A stretch of DNA of 32,000 nucleotides, taken from contig NC_005070.1 of the NCBI RefSeq assembly GCF_000195975.1, positions 630,001-662,000 on the forward strand, given 5' to 3'. The translations under genes and the position numbers were made by a program. The DNA comes from Parasynechococcus marenigrum WH 8102 (GTDB lineage: Bacteria; Cyanobacteriota; Cyanobacteriia; PCC-6307; Cyanobiaceae). Shown here one piece after another: positions 8,214-17,135 of the stretch (positions within the stretch are counted from its first letter, which is position 1; each line of letters begins with the position of its first letter). The notes below the pieces were generated by a model. The model worked only from the letters and a program-made list of their open reading frames with translations, was not told the DNA's origin and did no database searches.

Positions 8214-8945
8214 GTGCCCGCCGGCCTCACGCTGGTGGGGGTTGGCCCCGGCGATCCTGAGCTGTTGACGCTGGCGGCGGTGCGGGCGATCGAACAGGCC
8301 GATGTGGTGGCCACACCGGTGGCCCGTGAGGGGAGCGCCAGCATGGCCGCCACCATTGCCTCCCACTGCATCAGTACCAAGCAGCGCCTGCTGCCGTTGT
8401 TGTTCCCGATGGTGTCGGCAGCTAGACCCAGGCGTGAGGCCTGGCATCTGGCGGCCGATGCCCTCGCCGCGGAAGTGAAGGCAGGACAGGCGGTTGTGCT
8501 GCTCTGTGAAGGGGATGCCTCCCTGTTCGCCACCGGCAGCTACGTCCTGCTGGCGCTTCAGCAGCGCCATCCTGATTGCCCCACGCGGGTGATTCCAGGC
8601 ATCACGGCGATCTCCGCCGCAGCAGCTTCTGCGGGCTGGCCCCTCGCCCTGCAACAGGACCAGTTGCTGGTGATGCCCTGTCCCGAGACACCTGATGCTC
8701 TGACTGGTCTGCTCGAGACGGCAGCGCAGCATCCCAGGGTGCTGGCCTTGATGAAACTGGGCCATCGCTGGGCCTGGGTTCGTCCTCTGCTGGAGCGCCA
8801 GAACATGCTCAGTGGAGCGCTGTTCGCTGAACGGGTGGGTTGGCCAGACCAGATCGTTCGCTCAGCTGGTGACATTGAGGCGAGTGAGCGCCCCTACTTC
8901 TCCCTGCTGCTGGTGCGTCAGGGCTGGCCCGACGTGCTGCCCTGA
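8214..8945 (+). CDS. cobI: Precorrin-2 C20-methyltransferase
   Basis: 'LTLVGVGPGDPELLTLAAVRAIEQADVV', 'VVLLCEGDASLF', 'VIPGITAISAAAA' are tetrapyrrole methylase motifs. GTG start at 8214. Confidence 0.88.
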   Translation: MPAGLTLVGVGPGDPELLTLAAVRAIEQADVVATPVAREGSASMAATIASHCISTKQRLLPLLFPMVSAARPRREAWHLAADALAAEVKAGQAVVLLCEGDASLFATGSYVLLALQQRHPDCPTRVIPGITAISAAAASAGWPLALQQDQLLVMPCPETPDALTGLLETAAQHPRVLALMKLGHRWAWVRPLLERQNMLSGALFAERVGWPDQIVRSAGDIEASERPYFSLLLVRQGWPDVLP

Positions 8946-10930
8946 ATTCCAGGGCGTCGTGGCACCAGGGAGCGGTTGAACGCTCCAGGAGTTGATCCTC
9001 CCAGGAGCAGCCGTTTCAGCAGCATCAACAGCCCCAGCACTTCCCGCCGTGGCCGCCGTTCCGGCCAAATCCCATCGCAGCAGAACAACCAGCGGATGAG
9101 GCTGTGCTGCTGTCGCTGGTTGAGCTCCCCCCAGTGAAGGCTCACCCGATTAGGTTGGGCCTTCAGCACCACGACCGGTAGAGGCGGCACGTCAGACGTC
9201 CATTGCAATTTACTGCTGGCAACGAGGGGTGTCAGGGCTGTGGCAAAAGCCAGCTCCACACCGCTTTCACTGATGGCAGTGATCCGGCACGGATGGCGAT
9301 GCCCCCCGGCATCGATCAGCTCGGCGGCGTGATCCAGGCTGAGCCAGGGGGAGGGATCGCTCTGGGGAGGATCCCAGCAGGCGCGCAGGGCCACCATGGT
9401 CCCCAGCAGGTTCAGCACCGCCCACACCAGCCCCAGCTGAAGCGGCCCGAGTTCGTCCCAGCCCTGGAGGATCAGCTGTTGGATCAGCCCGAGGAGATTC
9501 GTCAGGTTGAGCAGGCTCAGCAGGATCAGGGGCAGCGCCAGAAACCAGGCCCAGCCGCCCTGGGAACGGTGGCGATGCTTGGGGGTGACCCGAAAGCCCA
9601 TGGAGGATCCGAGCACGTGGCTGATAAGGGTTACCACCAGCGGCACGGTGAGCACCCAACTGGTCAGTTCGGTCAACAGGGCCGAACGGCTGTGGCGATT
9701 CAGCCAGCCGATGCTGAGCAGCACTGTGCCCCACAGCGGCAGCATCAATTCGACGATGGCCCGCTGGTCGAGGAGGATCGGTGTGATGCCGAGCAGGCCG
9801 TAGCTCAGCGGCATCAGCATCAGCACCAACCTCGGCAGGTTGTTCAGCCAATGGACCACACCCTCCAGGTAGGCCAGCCGTTGGCCCAGGCTGAGGCCAC
9901 GGGCCTGCAGCGGCCCCTGTGGTAGCCGCAGGCTTTGCAGGGTGCCGTTGGCCCAGCGTTGCCGCTGCCGCACGAAGTCCGCCATGGATTCCGCAGCAAG
10001 TCCTGCGCTGAGTTTCTGCTGCAAGTACAGCAACCTCCAACCCTGCTCGCGCAGGGCAATGCCGGTGACGTAGTCCTCCGACAAGGCCGCTTCGACAAAG
10101 CCGCTTACCTGATCCAGGGCCTGGCGGCGCACCACAAAAGCAGTGCCGGCGCAGACCACGGCCCCCCATCCGTCCCGCACCGGCTCGATCCAGCGGTAGA
10201 AACTTTCTTCATCCGGCAGCAGCCAGGATTCCAGCCGCAGGTTGCGCATCACCGGATCGGCGTTAATGAACGACTGCGGGGTCTGCAGCAGAGCTACGTC
10301 GGGCTCCAGCAGAAAGCCGATGCTGCGCTCCAGGAAGCGGTGCTGGGGGATGAAGTCCGCATCGAATACCGCCACGAGCTCGCCGTGGCAACGGCGAAGG
10401 CCTGCGTTGAGATTGCCCGCCTTGGCATGCCGCCGTTCGGGACGATGCTGATAGCGACAGCCAAGTCGCCTGGCCAGCTGTCTCACTTCCTCACGACCGC
10501 CGTCATCCAGCACCCAGACCGTGGTGTGGGGATAGCTCTGCTGCGTGCAGCCCAGGAGCGAACGTTGCAGCACCGCCAGGGGTTCGCCGTAGGTGGGCAC
10601 CAGGATGTCCACATGGGGTCTCCAGTTCGAGGCCTGCCACGCCTGCTGGCGACTGTCGGCTTCCTGGCGACGGTCGGGGAAGCGGCGCCAGGCCAGCCAC
10701 AGTGGCAGCAGACCGGTGATCAGCAGCCAGCTCTCCGCCAGCAGCAACAAACCGCTGAGGCTCGTGGACACCGTGCTGTCGAGATTGAGGCTGGCGGTGC
10801 AGCGCCAATGCAGATAACGGAAGGTCAGGCCACTGATCAACAGGATCAGGCTGCGGCGGGCCCATAGAGGAGACTCCGCTTCCGGCCGCTGGATGAGCGC
10901 CAGCGGCCAGAGCAGCAGCAGCAGGCTCAC
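8918..10930 (-). CDS. Cellulose-synthase-like processive beta-glycan synthase (GT2, BcsA/CelA-like) with a C-terminal PilZ-like domain
   Basis: 'ILVPTYGEP', 'VLDDGG', 'HAKAGNLN', 'VFDADF', 'LSEDYVTG' (TED-type motif) and 'QRQRW' (QxxRW). Flanking multi-TM segments. C-terminal beta-barrel-like region with 'AISESG' (SxxG retained). GTG start at 10930 overlaps the dus stop (GTGA). Confidence 0.85.
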   Translation of the reverse strand: MSLLLLLWPLALIQRPEAESPLWARRSLILLISGLTFRYLHWRCTASLNLDSTVSTSLSGLLLLAESWLLITGLLPLWLAWRRFPDRRQEADSRQQAWQASNWRPHVDILVPTYGEPLAVLQRSLLGCTQQSYPHTTVWVLDDGGREEVRQLARRLGCRYQHRPERRHAKAGNLNAGLRRCHGELVAVFDADFIPQHRFLERSIGFLLEPDVALLQTPQSFINADPVMRNLRLESWLLPDEESFYRWIEPVRDGWGAVVCAGTAFVVRRQALDQVSGFVEAALSEDYVTGIALREQGWRLLYLQQKLSAGLAAESMADFVRQRQRWANGTLQSLRLPQGPLQARGLSLGQRLAYLEGVVHWLNNLPRLVLMLMPLSYGLLGITPILLDQRAIVELMLPLWGTVLLSIGWLNRHSRSALLTELTSWVLTVPLVVTLISHVLGSSMGFRVTPKHRHRSQGGWAWFLALPLILLSLLNLTNLLGLIQQLILQGWDELGPLQLGLVWAVLNLLGTMVALRACWDPPQSDPSPWLSLDHAAELIDAGGHRHPCRITAISESGVELAFATALTPLVASSKLQWTSDVPPLPVVVLKAQPNRVSLHWGELNQRQQHSLIRWLFCCDGIWPERRPRREVLGLLMLLKRLLLGGSTPGAFNRSLVPRRPGIQGSTSGQP

Positions 10931-11928
10931 TCCAGGGCCAGACGTTGGTTCTCCAATAACGCTAGGGCGTCCTCTGGGGTGGGAGCGCGCATCAAGGCAT
11001 GACGCAGCTGCGGAGCTCCGGGAAAGCCGGTGCAGGTCCAGCCCATGTGCTTTCGGGCGATCAACAGGCCGTGTTCACCGCGGGCTTCCACCAGCGCCAG
11101 CAGCTGCTCCCGGGCCAGGGTCAGGCGGGCTGCGGGGCCAGGGGTGGCTGGAATCGGCAGGCCCTTGAGTGCCGCATCGATCTGCCCTACCAGCCAGGGG
11201 GCTCCCATGGTTCCGCGACCCACCATGACGCCGTCGGCGCCTGTCTGGGCCAGGCAGCGCTGGGCATCCTCGGGAGTATTGATGTCTCCGTTCGCGATCA
11301 CCGGAATGGTGAGGGCCTGCTTAACGGCGGCGATAGCAGCCCAGTCCGCCTTGCCTTTGAACCCCTGCTCGCGGGTCCGGCCGTGCAGGGTGAGCAGTTG
11401 CGCACCGGCTTCCTGCAACTGCCGGCACCAGGTCTGAGGGGCGGCGTCACTGCCGCACCAGCCGAGTCGTGTCTTCACCGTGACGGGCAACCGCACGGCG
11501 TTTGCCACGGCTTCGATGATCCGGCTGGCGAGGTGGGGGTCGCGGATCAGTCCTGATCCGCCGCCTTTACGGGCAATCTTGCGCACCGGGCACCCCATGT
11601 TGATGTCGATCAGGAATGCTCCTGCGTCTTCGGCTCGGCGGGCTGCATCGGCCATGGCATCCGGGCGGTGATCGAACAGCTGCACCCCGATCGGGCCCTG
11701 TTCGTCGCCGAGTTCCTTCACCTTGCCGCGCCCGAAGCCAAGCTCAAGGCTGGTGGCATTCACCATCTCTGTGAACAGCAGGGCATCCGGAGCCCAGCGG
11801 CGCACCAGATGACGGAAGACACGGTCGCTTACGCCGGCCAGGGGGGACTGCAGCACGCGGCACTCCAGCCGCCGCGCCGTGCCGGACCCGGAAAGCTGCA
11901 GCGGAGTGGAGGCGAGCATGGTCACCAT
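10927..11928 (-). CDS. dus: tRNA-dihydrouridine synthase
   Basis: 'LAGVSDRVFRHLVRRW..LLFTEMV', 'IDINMGCPVRKI', 'VTVKTRLGW', 'LTLHGRTR' are Dus/NifR3-family TIM-barrel motifs. Confidence 0.9.
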   Translation of the reverse strand: MVTMLASTPLQLSGSGTARRLECRVLQSPLAGVSDRVFRHLVRRWAPDALLFTEMVNATSLELGFGRGKVKELGDEQGPIGVQLFDHRPDAMADAARRAEDAGAFLIDINMGCPVRKIARKGGGSGLIRDPHLASRIIEAVANAVRLPVTVKTRLGWCGSDAAPQTWCRQLQEAGAQLLTLHGRTREQGFKGKADWAAIAAVKQALTIPVIANGDINTPEDAQRCLAQTGADGVMVGRGTMGAPWLVGQIDAALKGLPIPATPGPAARLTLAREQLLALVEARGEHGLLIARKHMGWTCTGFPGAPQLRHALMRAPTPEDALALLENQRLALE

Positions 11929-11931
11929 GCT
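11915..11931. repeat. 17-bp perfect palindrome AGCATGGT-C-ACCATGCT spanning the start codons of divergent dus and the DUF1823-like gene
   Basis: Verified base by base: 8-bp arms around centre C11923. It contains ATG 11918 and ATG 11927 (plus strand) and ATG 11928 and ATG 11919 (minus strand). Confidence 0.9.
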
Positions 11932-12394
11932 GCCGACTCACGTGAAAGATCTCTGGCCGATTAGCCGGGCATTGCTGATGCAGATCCTGGAGGACCGTTG
12001 CAGCGACCGTTTTGTCTGTGAGCGGATCTGGGAGCGCCTGGGTTATGTCGAGGCGGATGGAACTTGGAGTGCAGGTCCCGAGACACCTCTCGATTGGAAG
12101 GAAGCCTTTCCGGAGGGGCCACAGCTGATTGCGGAACGGCCGGCTTCCGTGCGCCTGACCCGCTCGATCCCGAAGCAGCACAAGCAATTGCTGAAGCAGC
12201 AACTGCAGTTTCAGGGCTACCGCATCGGTGAGCTCTACCCGCGACGGACCCGCCGCGCCACTGCCGTGAACTGGCTCCTGGCCTGGCTGGCGCAGCTGGA
12301 GATGCCCCTTGCGGAACAGGGGCCAATGGCTCCCGAGTGTCCGGTGCCCATGGATCCGGTCGCTGGTCACCCCGGCGACCTGCCGGTGGCTTGA
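11918..12394 (+). CDS. Conserved cyanobacterial hypothetical protein (possibly DUF1823 family)
   Basis: 'WPISRALLMQILEDRCSDRFVCERIWERLGY...LTRSIPKQHKQLLKQQLQFQGYRIGELYPRRTRRATAVNWLLAW' resembles a cyanobacteria/plastid-lineage family from memory. Start ambiguous: GTG 11879, ATG 11918 or ATG 11927. Confidence 0.6.
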   Translation: MVTMLPTHVKDLWPISRALLMQILEDRCSDRFVCERIWERLGYVEADGTWSAGPETPLDWKEAFPEGPQLIAERPASVRLTRSIPKQHKQLLKQQLQFQGYRIGELYPRRTRRATAVNWLLAWLAQLEMPLAEQGPMAPECPVPMDPVAGHPGDLPVA

Positions 12395-12448
12395 ACCAGG
12401 CGGTGTCAACGGGTCTGTAGGGTCAAGGATTGATCGGAGTTCCGCCCC

Positions 12449-13816
12449 TTGGCGCGTCCCGTCGTCGCGATCATCGGACGCCCCAACGTCGGCAAGTCGA
12501 CTCTGGTGAATCGTCTCTGCCGCAGTCGCGAAGCGATTGTGCATGACGAGCCTGGCGTCACCCGCGACCGCACCTACCAGGACGGTTACTGGGGCGATCG
12601 TGAGTTCAAGGTGGTCGACACCGGTGGCCTGGTGTTCGACGACGACAGTGAATTTCTGCCGGAGATCCGTGAACAGGCGGCTCTGGCCATGGAGGAAGCC
12701 AGCGTTGCGGTGGTGATCGTGGATGGCCAGCAGGGCATCACGGCTGCGGATGAATCCATCGCGGAATTTCTGCGCAGTCGACCCTGTCCAACGCTGCTGG
12801 CCGTCAACAAATGCGAGTCGCCGGAGCAGGGTCTGGCGATGGCAGCTGAATTCTGGAGCCTTGGACTGGGAGAACCCCATCCGATTTCAGCCATCCATGG
12901 AGTGGGCACCGGAGATCTGCTGGATCAGGTGCTCACCTTCTTGCCCCCCAAGGATCAGGAGGGGGATGAGGAGGAGCCGATCCAGATGGCGATCATCGGA
13001 CGGCCGAATGTGGGTAAATCCAGCCTGCTCAATGCCATCTGTGGCGAGCAGCGGGCGATCGTGAGCCCGATCCGCGGCACCACCCGGGACACCATCGACA
13101 CCAACATCGTTCGTGAGAACCGCCCCTGGCGGCTGGTGGACACCGCGGGGATCCGCCGCCGTCGGAGTGTCAATTACGGCCCTGAATACTTCGGCATCAA
13201 CCGCAGTTTCAAAGCGATTGATCGCAGTGACGTCTGCGTGCTGGTGATCGATGCCCTCGATGGCGTCACCGAACAGGATCAGCGGCTGGCGGGGCGGATC
13301 GAGGAGGACGGTCGCGCCTGTGTGGTGGTGGTGAACAAGTGGGATGCCGTGGAGAAAGACAGCCACACCATGACGGCCATGGAAAAGGAGCTCCGCGCCA
13401 AGCTGTATTTCCTCGACTGGGCACCGATGCTTTTCACCTCGGCCCTCACCGGTCAACGGGTGGACAGCATTTTTGCTCTGGCCGCCCTGGCGGTGGAGCA
13501 GCACCGCCGGCGCGTCAGCACCTCCGTGGTGAATGAAGTGCTCAAGGAGGCCCTCAGCTGGCGCAGTCCCCCCACCACCCGTGGCGGCCGTCAGGGGCGT
13601 CTGTACTACGGCACTCAGGTGGCCAGCCGCCCCCCCAGCTTCACGCTGTTCGTCAACGACCCGAAGCTCTTCGGTGATACCTATCGCCGCTATGTCGAAC
13701 GCCAGATCCGGGAGGGGCTGGGATTCGACGGCACCCCAGTGAAGCTCTACTGGCGTGGCAAGCAGCAACGCGATGCTGAACGGGACATGGTGCGTCAGCA
13801 GAACCGCCAGAGCTGA
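12449..13816 (+). CDS. der: Ribosome-assembly GTPase Der/EngA (tandem GTPase domains plus KH-like domain)
   Basis: Two P-loops, '[16 protein letters not shown]' and '[16 protein letters not shown]'. 'DTGG'/'DTAG' and 'NKCE'/'NKWD' motifs. TTG start at 12449. Confidence 0.95.
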   Translation: MARPVVAIIGRPNVGKSTLVNRLCRSREAIVHDEPGVTRDRTYQDGYWGDREFKVVDTGGLVFDDDSEFLPEIREQAALAMEEASVAVVIVDGQQGITAADESIAEFLRSRPCPTLLAVNKCESPEQGLAMAAEFWSLGLGEPHPISAIHGVGTGDLLDQVLTFLPPKDQEGDEEEPIQMAIIGRPNVGKSSLLNAICGEQRAIVSPIRGTTRDTIDTNIVRENRPWRLVDTAGIRRRRSVNYGPEYFGINRSFKAIDRSDVCVLVIDALDGVTEQDQRLAGRIEEDGRACVVVVNKWDAVEKDSHTMTAMEKELRAKLYFLDWAPMLFTSALTGQRVDSIFALAALAVEQHRRRVSTSVVNEVLKEALSWRSPPTTRGGRQGRLYYGTQVASRPPSFTLFVNDPKLFGDTYRRYVERQIREGLGFDGTPVKLYWRGKQQRDAERDMVRQQNRQS

Positions 13817-13819
13817 TCC

Positions 13820-14698
13820 ATGGACTGGCTGCGGCAGATCCCGATGGGGCAGTTCGTCGACGGCCGTGAGGGCTGGTTGCGTCGACTCGATGCCCGCTTG
13901 AAGCTGGCCTGGTCTCTGGTGTTTCTGCTTACCCCTGTGCTGGCAGGGCCCTTGTGGCGTGTGGCGCTGGTGCTTGGCCTGCTGCTTCTCACGTTGATCA
14001 GTGGCCTTCCCCGAAGGATCTGGTGGCGGTCCCTGCTGGTGCTGACGCTCCTGGCGCTGGCGGTTGGCACCTTGTCGATGCTGTTGCCGGCCGCTGATCC
14101 GGCCGCAACGCTGGCCTTGCGTTCCCCTCAGGAGTTGCCGGATGCCCTGCCCCAGGGACCGTCCTGGGTGGTGTTTGAGCTGGGACCGCTCTCGGTGGAC
14201 CGGGCCTCGCTGCTGTTGGGATTGCGCACCTCCACGCTGATCTTCACGGTGATCCACAGCGTCAATCTGGTGCTAATCAGCACTCCACCTGAAGACCTGG
14301 TGTGGGCCCTGAGTTGGTGGCTGGCACCGCTCAACCGTCTTGGGCTGCCGATGGAACGGCTGGGGTTTCAGTTGTTGCTGGCCCTGCGCTTTCTTCCCCT
14401 GGTGCAGGAGGAACTGCAGAACCTGTTGCGATCCCTGGCCAGTCGTGCTGTGAACCTGCGCCGTCTGGGGTTCAAGGCATCCTTCGGGCTGGTGCTAGCG
14501 GTGGGGGAACGGCTTCTGGCCAACATCCTTCTGCGGGCGGAACAAGGGGCCGATGCCCTGGTGGCTCGCGGCGGCTTGGTCTCCGGTCCAGCTGGCTTCC
14601 GGATACCGGATGAGCGGCCGGCGCCCCTGGTCAATGGACTGGCACTGTTGAGCCTGTTGGCCGTGCTGGGTCTGAGGACTCGGTACGGTGCTTTGTGA
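13820..14698 (+). CDS. cbiQ: Energy-coupling-factor / cobalt transporter transmembrane component (CbiQ/EcfT family)
   Basis: Polytopic membrane protein. 'RLDARLKLAWSLVFLL' N-terminus and 'ALRFLPLVQEELQNLLRSLASR' resemble the CbiQ/EcfT coupling-helix region. Starts 3 nt after the der stop. Confidence 0.8.
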   Translation: MDWLRQIPMGQFVDGREGWLRRLDARLKLAWSLVFLLTPVLAGPLWRVALVLGLLLLTLISGLPRRIWWRSLLVLTLLALAVGTLSMLLPAADPAATLALRSPQELPDALPQGPSWVVFELGPLSVDRASLLLGLRTSTLIFTVIHSVNLVLISTPPEDLVWALSWWLAPLNRLGLPMERLGFQLLLALRFLPLVQEELQNLLRSLASRAVNLRRLGFKASFGLVLAVGERLLANILLRAEQGADALVARGGLVSGPAGFRIPDERPAPLVNGLALLSLLAVLGLRTRYGAL

Positions 14699-14979
14699 TG
14701 GAGGCTGCATCCATGGCTGCCGAGCGTTACCTCAACCACCCCACATTCGGAATGTTGTATCGGGTGGCACCGGCCGGTGAGGGTCGGGACATCTACGCCA
14801 CGTTGTATGCCCAGCGCATGTTTTTCCTGGTGACCTTGCAGCCCCGTGGAGCCCAGTTCGAGGTGATTCCCTACGGCGACGCCCGTTATCATGCCGATGT
14901 CAATCTGCAGCGCTGCCAGCGCGCCGGCTCTGAGGAACTTGAGAACTGGCGGCAGCTCTTTGATCAAACCTTCATCTGA
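14695..14979 (+). CDS. pipX: PII-interacting protein X (PipX)
   Basis: 'YLNHPTFGMLYRV....ATLYAQRMFFLV' and the C-terminal '...LFDQTFI' match the PipX signature. The start could be GTG 14695, ATG 14698 (TGATG with the cbiQ stop) or ATG 14713 (MAAERYLNHP..., closest to the canonical PipX N-terminus). Confidence 0.88.
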   Translation: MMEAASMAAERYLNHPTFGMLYRVAPAGEGRDIYATLYAQRMFFLVTLQPRGAQFEVIPYGDARYHADVNLQRCQRAGSEELENWRQLFDQTFI

Positions 14980-14989
14980 CGGCTGAGCC

Positions 14990-15652
14990 TTGTCAGGCCC
15001 CCTCTCTGATCGCTGGACCGCTCTGCAGGCGGCGCTGCCGGCCACAGCACAGCTGCTGGCCGTCAGCAAGGGGCACCCCGCCGCGGTGATCCGTGAGCTG
15101 GCGGGCAGCGGTCAGCGAGCCTTTGGCGAGAGCCGGCTGCAGGAGGCGCTGCCCAAGCAGGAGCAGTTGGCGGACCTGGCCCTGCAATGGCACTTCATCG
15201 GACGGCTGCAGAGCAACAAGGTGCGATCGGTGGTGCGTGCCTTTCCGGTGATTCATTCCGTCGATTCCTTGCCTCTGGCGCAGCGGGTATCTCGGATTGC
15301 CGGCGAGGAAGAGCAATGGCCGGAGGTGCTGCTGCAGGTGAAGCTGCGGCCTGATACCAACAAAGGAGGCTTCTTGCGGGATGAGCTGCTCTCGGCCTGG
15401 ACAGAGCTGGCTGCGTTGCCATCGATGACGGTCATCGGACTGATGACCATGGCTCCGATGGGCTGCGACGCAGATGATCGACGCGCCTTGTTTCAGGAGT
15501 GCCGGGAGCTGGCCGATCAGCTGGAGTTGAGGGAGTGCTCGATGGGCATGAGCGGCGATTGGCAAGATGCGGCTGCGGCGGGCAGCACCTGGCTGCGTCT
15601 GGGGTCCGTGCTCTTTGGCCCCCGGCCGTCAGCACCGCCTCAGGCTGGATGA
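14990..15652 (+). CDS. pipY: YggS-family PLP-binding homeostasis protein (PipY)
   Basis: 'LLAVSKGHP' (PLP lysine), 'WHFIGRLQSNKV', 'ECSMGMSGDW', 'LRLGSVLFG'. Lies 10 nt downstream of pipX. Confidence 0.9.
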   Translation: MSGPLSDRWTALQAALPATAQLLAVSKGHPAAVIRELAGSGQRAFGESRLQEALPKQEQLADLALQWHFIGRLQSNKVRSVVRAFPVIHSVDSLPLAQRVSRIAGEEEQWPEVLLQVKLRPDTNKGGFLRDELLSAWTELAALPSMTVIGLMTMAPMGCDADDRRALFQECRELADQLELRECSMGMSGDWQDAAAAGSTWLRLGSVLFGPRPSAPPQAG

Positions 15653-15744
15653 CTTGCTGAGAGCCCTGTGAAACGTTATTCAAGGACAAGGTCGTCCCGA
15701 CGCGCGGACTACCCCTTACGTCTCAGCCCCAGAGGAGTTTCAAG

Positions 15745-16311
15745 GTGTCGCTGATTTCCCGCCTGCGTGCCGTCGTCGCTGGTGACGACTATCTCGATGG
15801 CGATCTTGATGATCTGGTTTATGACGATGATCAACCCGAACAGGATCAGCGGGCCAGCCAGGCCGACGGCGGGGCTTTAGCCACCATCGGCGATGGCAAT
15901 CCCTTCGACCTGGGGGACAACTTCTCAGGGTCCAATGTGATTGGCATGCCAGGCATCAGCACTGCCGCTGCTGAAGTGAATCTGATGGAGCCCCGCAGCT
16001 TCGATGAAATGCCCCGGGCGATTCAGGCCCTGCGTGAGCGCAAGACCGTCATCCTTAACCTGACGATGATGGAACCGGATCAGGCCCAGCGGGCGGTGGA
16101 TTTCGTGGCCGGTGGCACCTTCGCCATCGACGGTCACCAGGAGCGGGTGGGTGAAAGCATCTTCTTGTTCGCCCCCAGCTGCGTCACCGTGACCAACACC
16201 AGTCACGACGAAGCCTCCACCCCCACGGTGGTGAGCCGTGATGCGGAAGCTGAGCAGCAGCAGGAAGCAGCTGCGGCTCCGTCTCCCGCCTGGGGCGCTA
16301 CTGCCCTTTGA
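15745..16311 (+). CDS. sepF: Cell-division protein SepF
   Basis: '[63 protein letters not shown]'. GTG start preceded by AGGAG (..cagAGGAGtttcaaGTG). Confidence 0.9.
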   Translation: MSLISRLRAVVAGDDYLDGDLDDLVYDDDQPEQDQRASQADGGALATIGDGNPFDLGDNFSGSNVIGMPGISTAAAEVNLMEPRSFDEMPRAIQALRERKTVILNLTMMEPDQAQRAVDFVAGGTFAIDGHQERVGESIFLFAPSCVTVTNTSHDEASTPTVVSRDAEAEQQQEAAAAPSPAWGATAL

Positions 16312-17135
16312 GTTCGAGTCTTGTGGTTCCTTCCCTCGGTGTGATAGGCCTGGGCCGAATGGCCCAGGCGTTGGTGGAACCACTGCTGAGCAGCAAGGCG
16401 TTCTCGGCTGAGCAGGTGTTGGCGGTTGTGGGCACTGTCGCCACTGCACAGCGTCTGCGACAAGGGGCCTTCGCGGGCGTTTCGATCCAGTCCTCCCGCA
16501 GCGCTGAAGCTGCGCGGGTCTGGACGGCGCCCATCCAATTGTTGGCAGTTAAGCAGCAGCAGATCGATGGGATCGCCGCAGCGGCCCCCGTCGCCGAAAA
16601 CCAGCCTCTGCTGGTGTCCGTTTTGGCCGGCGTCAGCCTGGACCGCTTGCAGCGCCTGTTCCCCGGCCATCGTGTAGTGCGTGCGGTCCCGAACACCCCG
16701 GCGCTGGTGGGAGAAGGACTCACGGCTCTGGCCTGGGGAGAGGCGATCAGCTCTGAGCAGCGCCTCAAGGTTCGTGAGATGTTTGCCGGCGTCAGCGAGG
16801 TGCTGGAGCTGCCTGAAGACAAGCTCGATGCCTTTCTTGCCCTCACCTCCTCCGGCCCGGCGTTTGTGGCTCTGATGGCTGAAGCGATGGCAGATGGTGC
16901 GGTTGCGGCTGGCCTGCCGCGGGATCTGTCCCATCGTCTGGCCCATCGCACCCTGGCTGGAACCGCCGCGTTGCTGGATCAGCGTCAGTTGCACCCCGCC
17001 ACCTTGAAAGACATGGTGACGTCCCCCGGTGGCACCACCATCGCAGGTGTGCGCGCCCTGGAACGGGCGGGAGCCCGCTCCGCCTTGATGGAGGCCGTCA
17101 TCGCCGCCGCCGAGCGCAGCCGCGAGCTCGCCTGA
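16308..17135 (+). CDS. proC: Pyrroline-5-carboxylate reductase
   Basis: '[18 protein letters not shown]', '[12 protein letters not shown]', '[17 protein letters not shown]'. TTG 16308 overlaps the sepF TGA. In-frame GTG 16323 is an alternative start. Confidence 0.92.
   Translation: MSSSLVVPSLGVIGLGRMAQALVEPLLSSKAFSAEQVLAVVGTVATAQRLRQGAFAGVSIQSSRSAEAARVWTAPIQLLAVKQQQIDGIAAAAPVAENQPLLVSVLAGVSLDRLQRLFPGHRVVRAVPNTPALVGEGLTALAWGEAISSEQRLKVREMFAGVSEVLELPEDKLDAFLALTSSGPAFVALMAEAMADGAVAAGLPRDLSHRLAHRTLAGTAALLDQRQLHPATLKDMVTSPGGTTIAGVRALERAGARSALMEAVIAAAERSRELA

Noticed and set aside
9935-10867. 310-aa plus-strand ORF, and the 300-aa out-of-frame same-strand ORF at 9267-10169
   Set aside because: Both lie inside the BcsA-like gene, whose frame carries all the catalytic motifs. 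The alternative frames give Ala/Gly/Pro/Arg-rich low-complexity products.
11744-12880. 378-aa minus-strand ORF
   Set aside because: It is antisense to the well-supported DUF1823-like gene and der (P-loops on the plus strand). The translation is Arg/Gly/Ala/His-rich with no recognisable motif. This is typical of spurious long ORFs on the opposite strand of high-GC genes.
12887-14257. 456-aa minus-strand ORF
   Set aside because: It is antisense to der and cbiQ. The product is low-complexity and rich in Gln, Arg, His, Gly and Pro, with no domain signature.
15653-15744. Possible ncRNA, or an NtcA box (GTG-N8-TTC-like), in the pipY-sepF gap
   Set aside because: There is no GTA-N8-TAC match, no stable extended structure and no terminator. 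The region is adequately explained as the sepF leader with its AGGAG ribosome-binding site.
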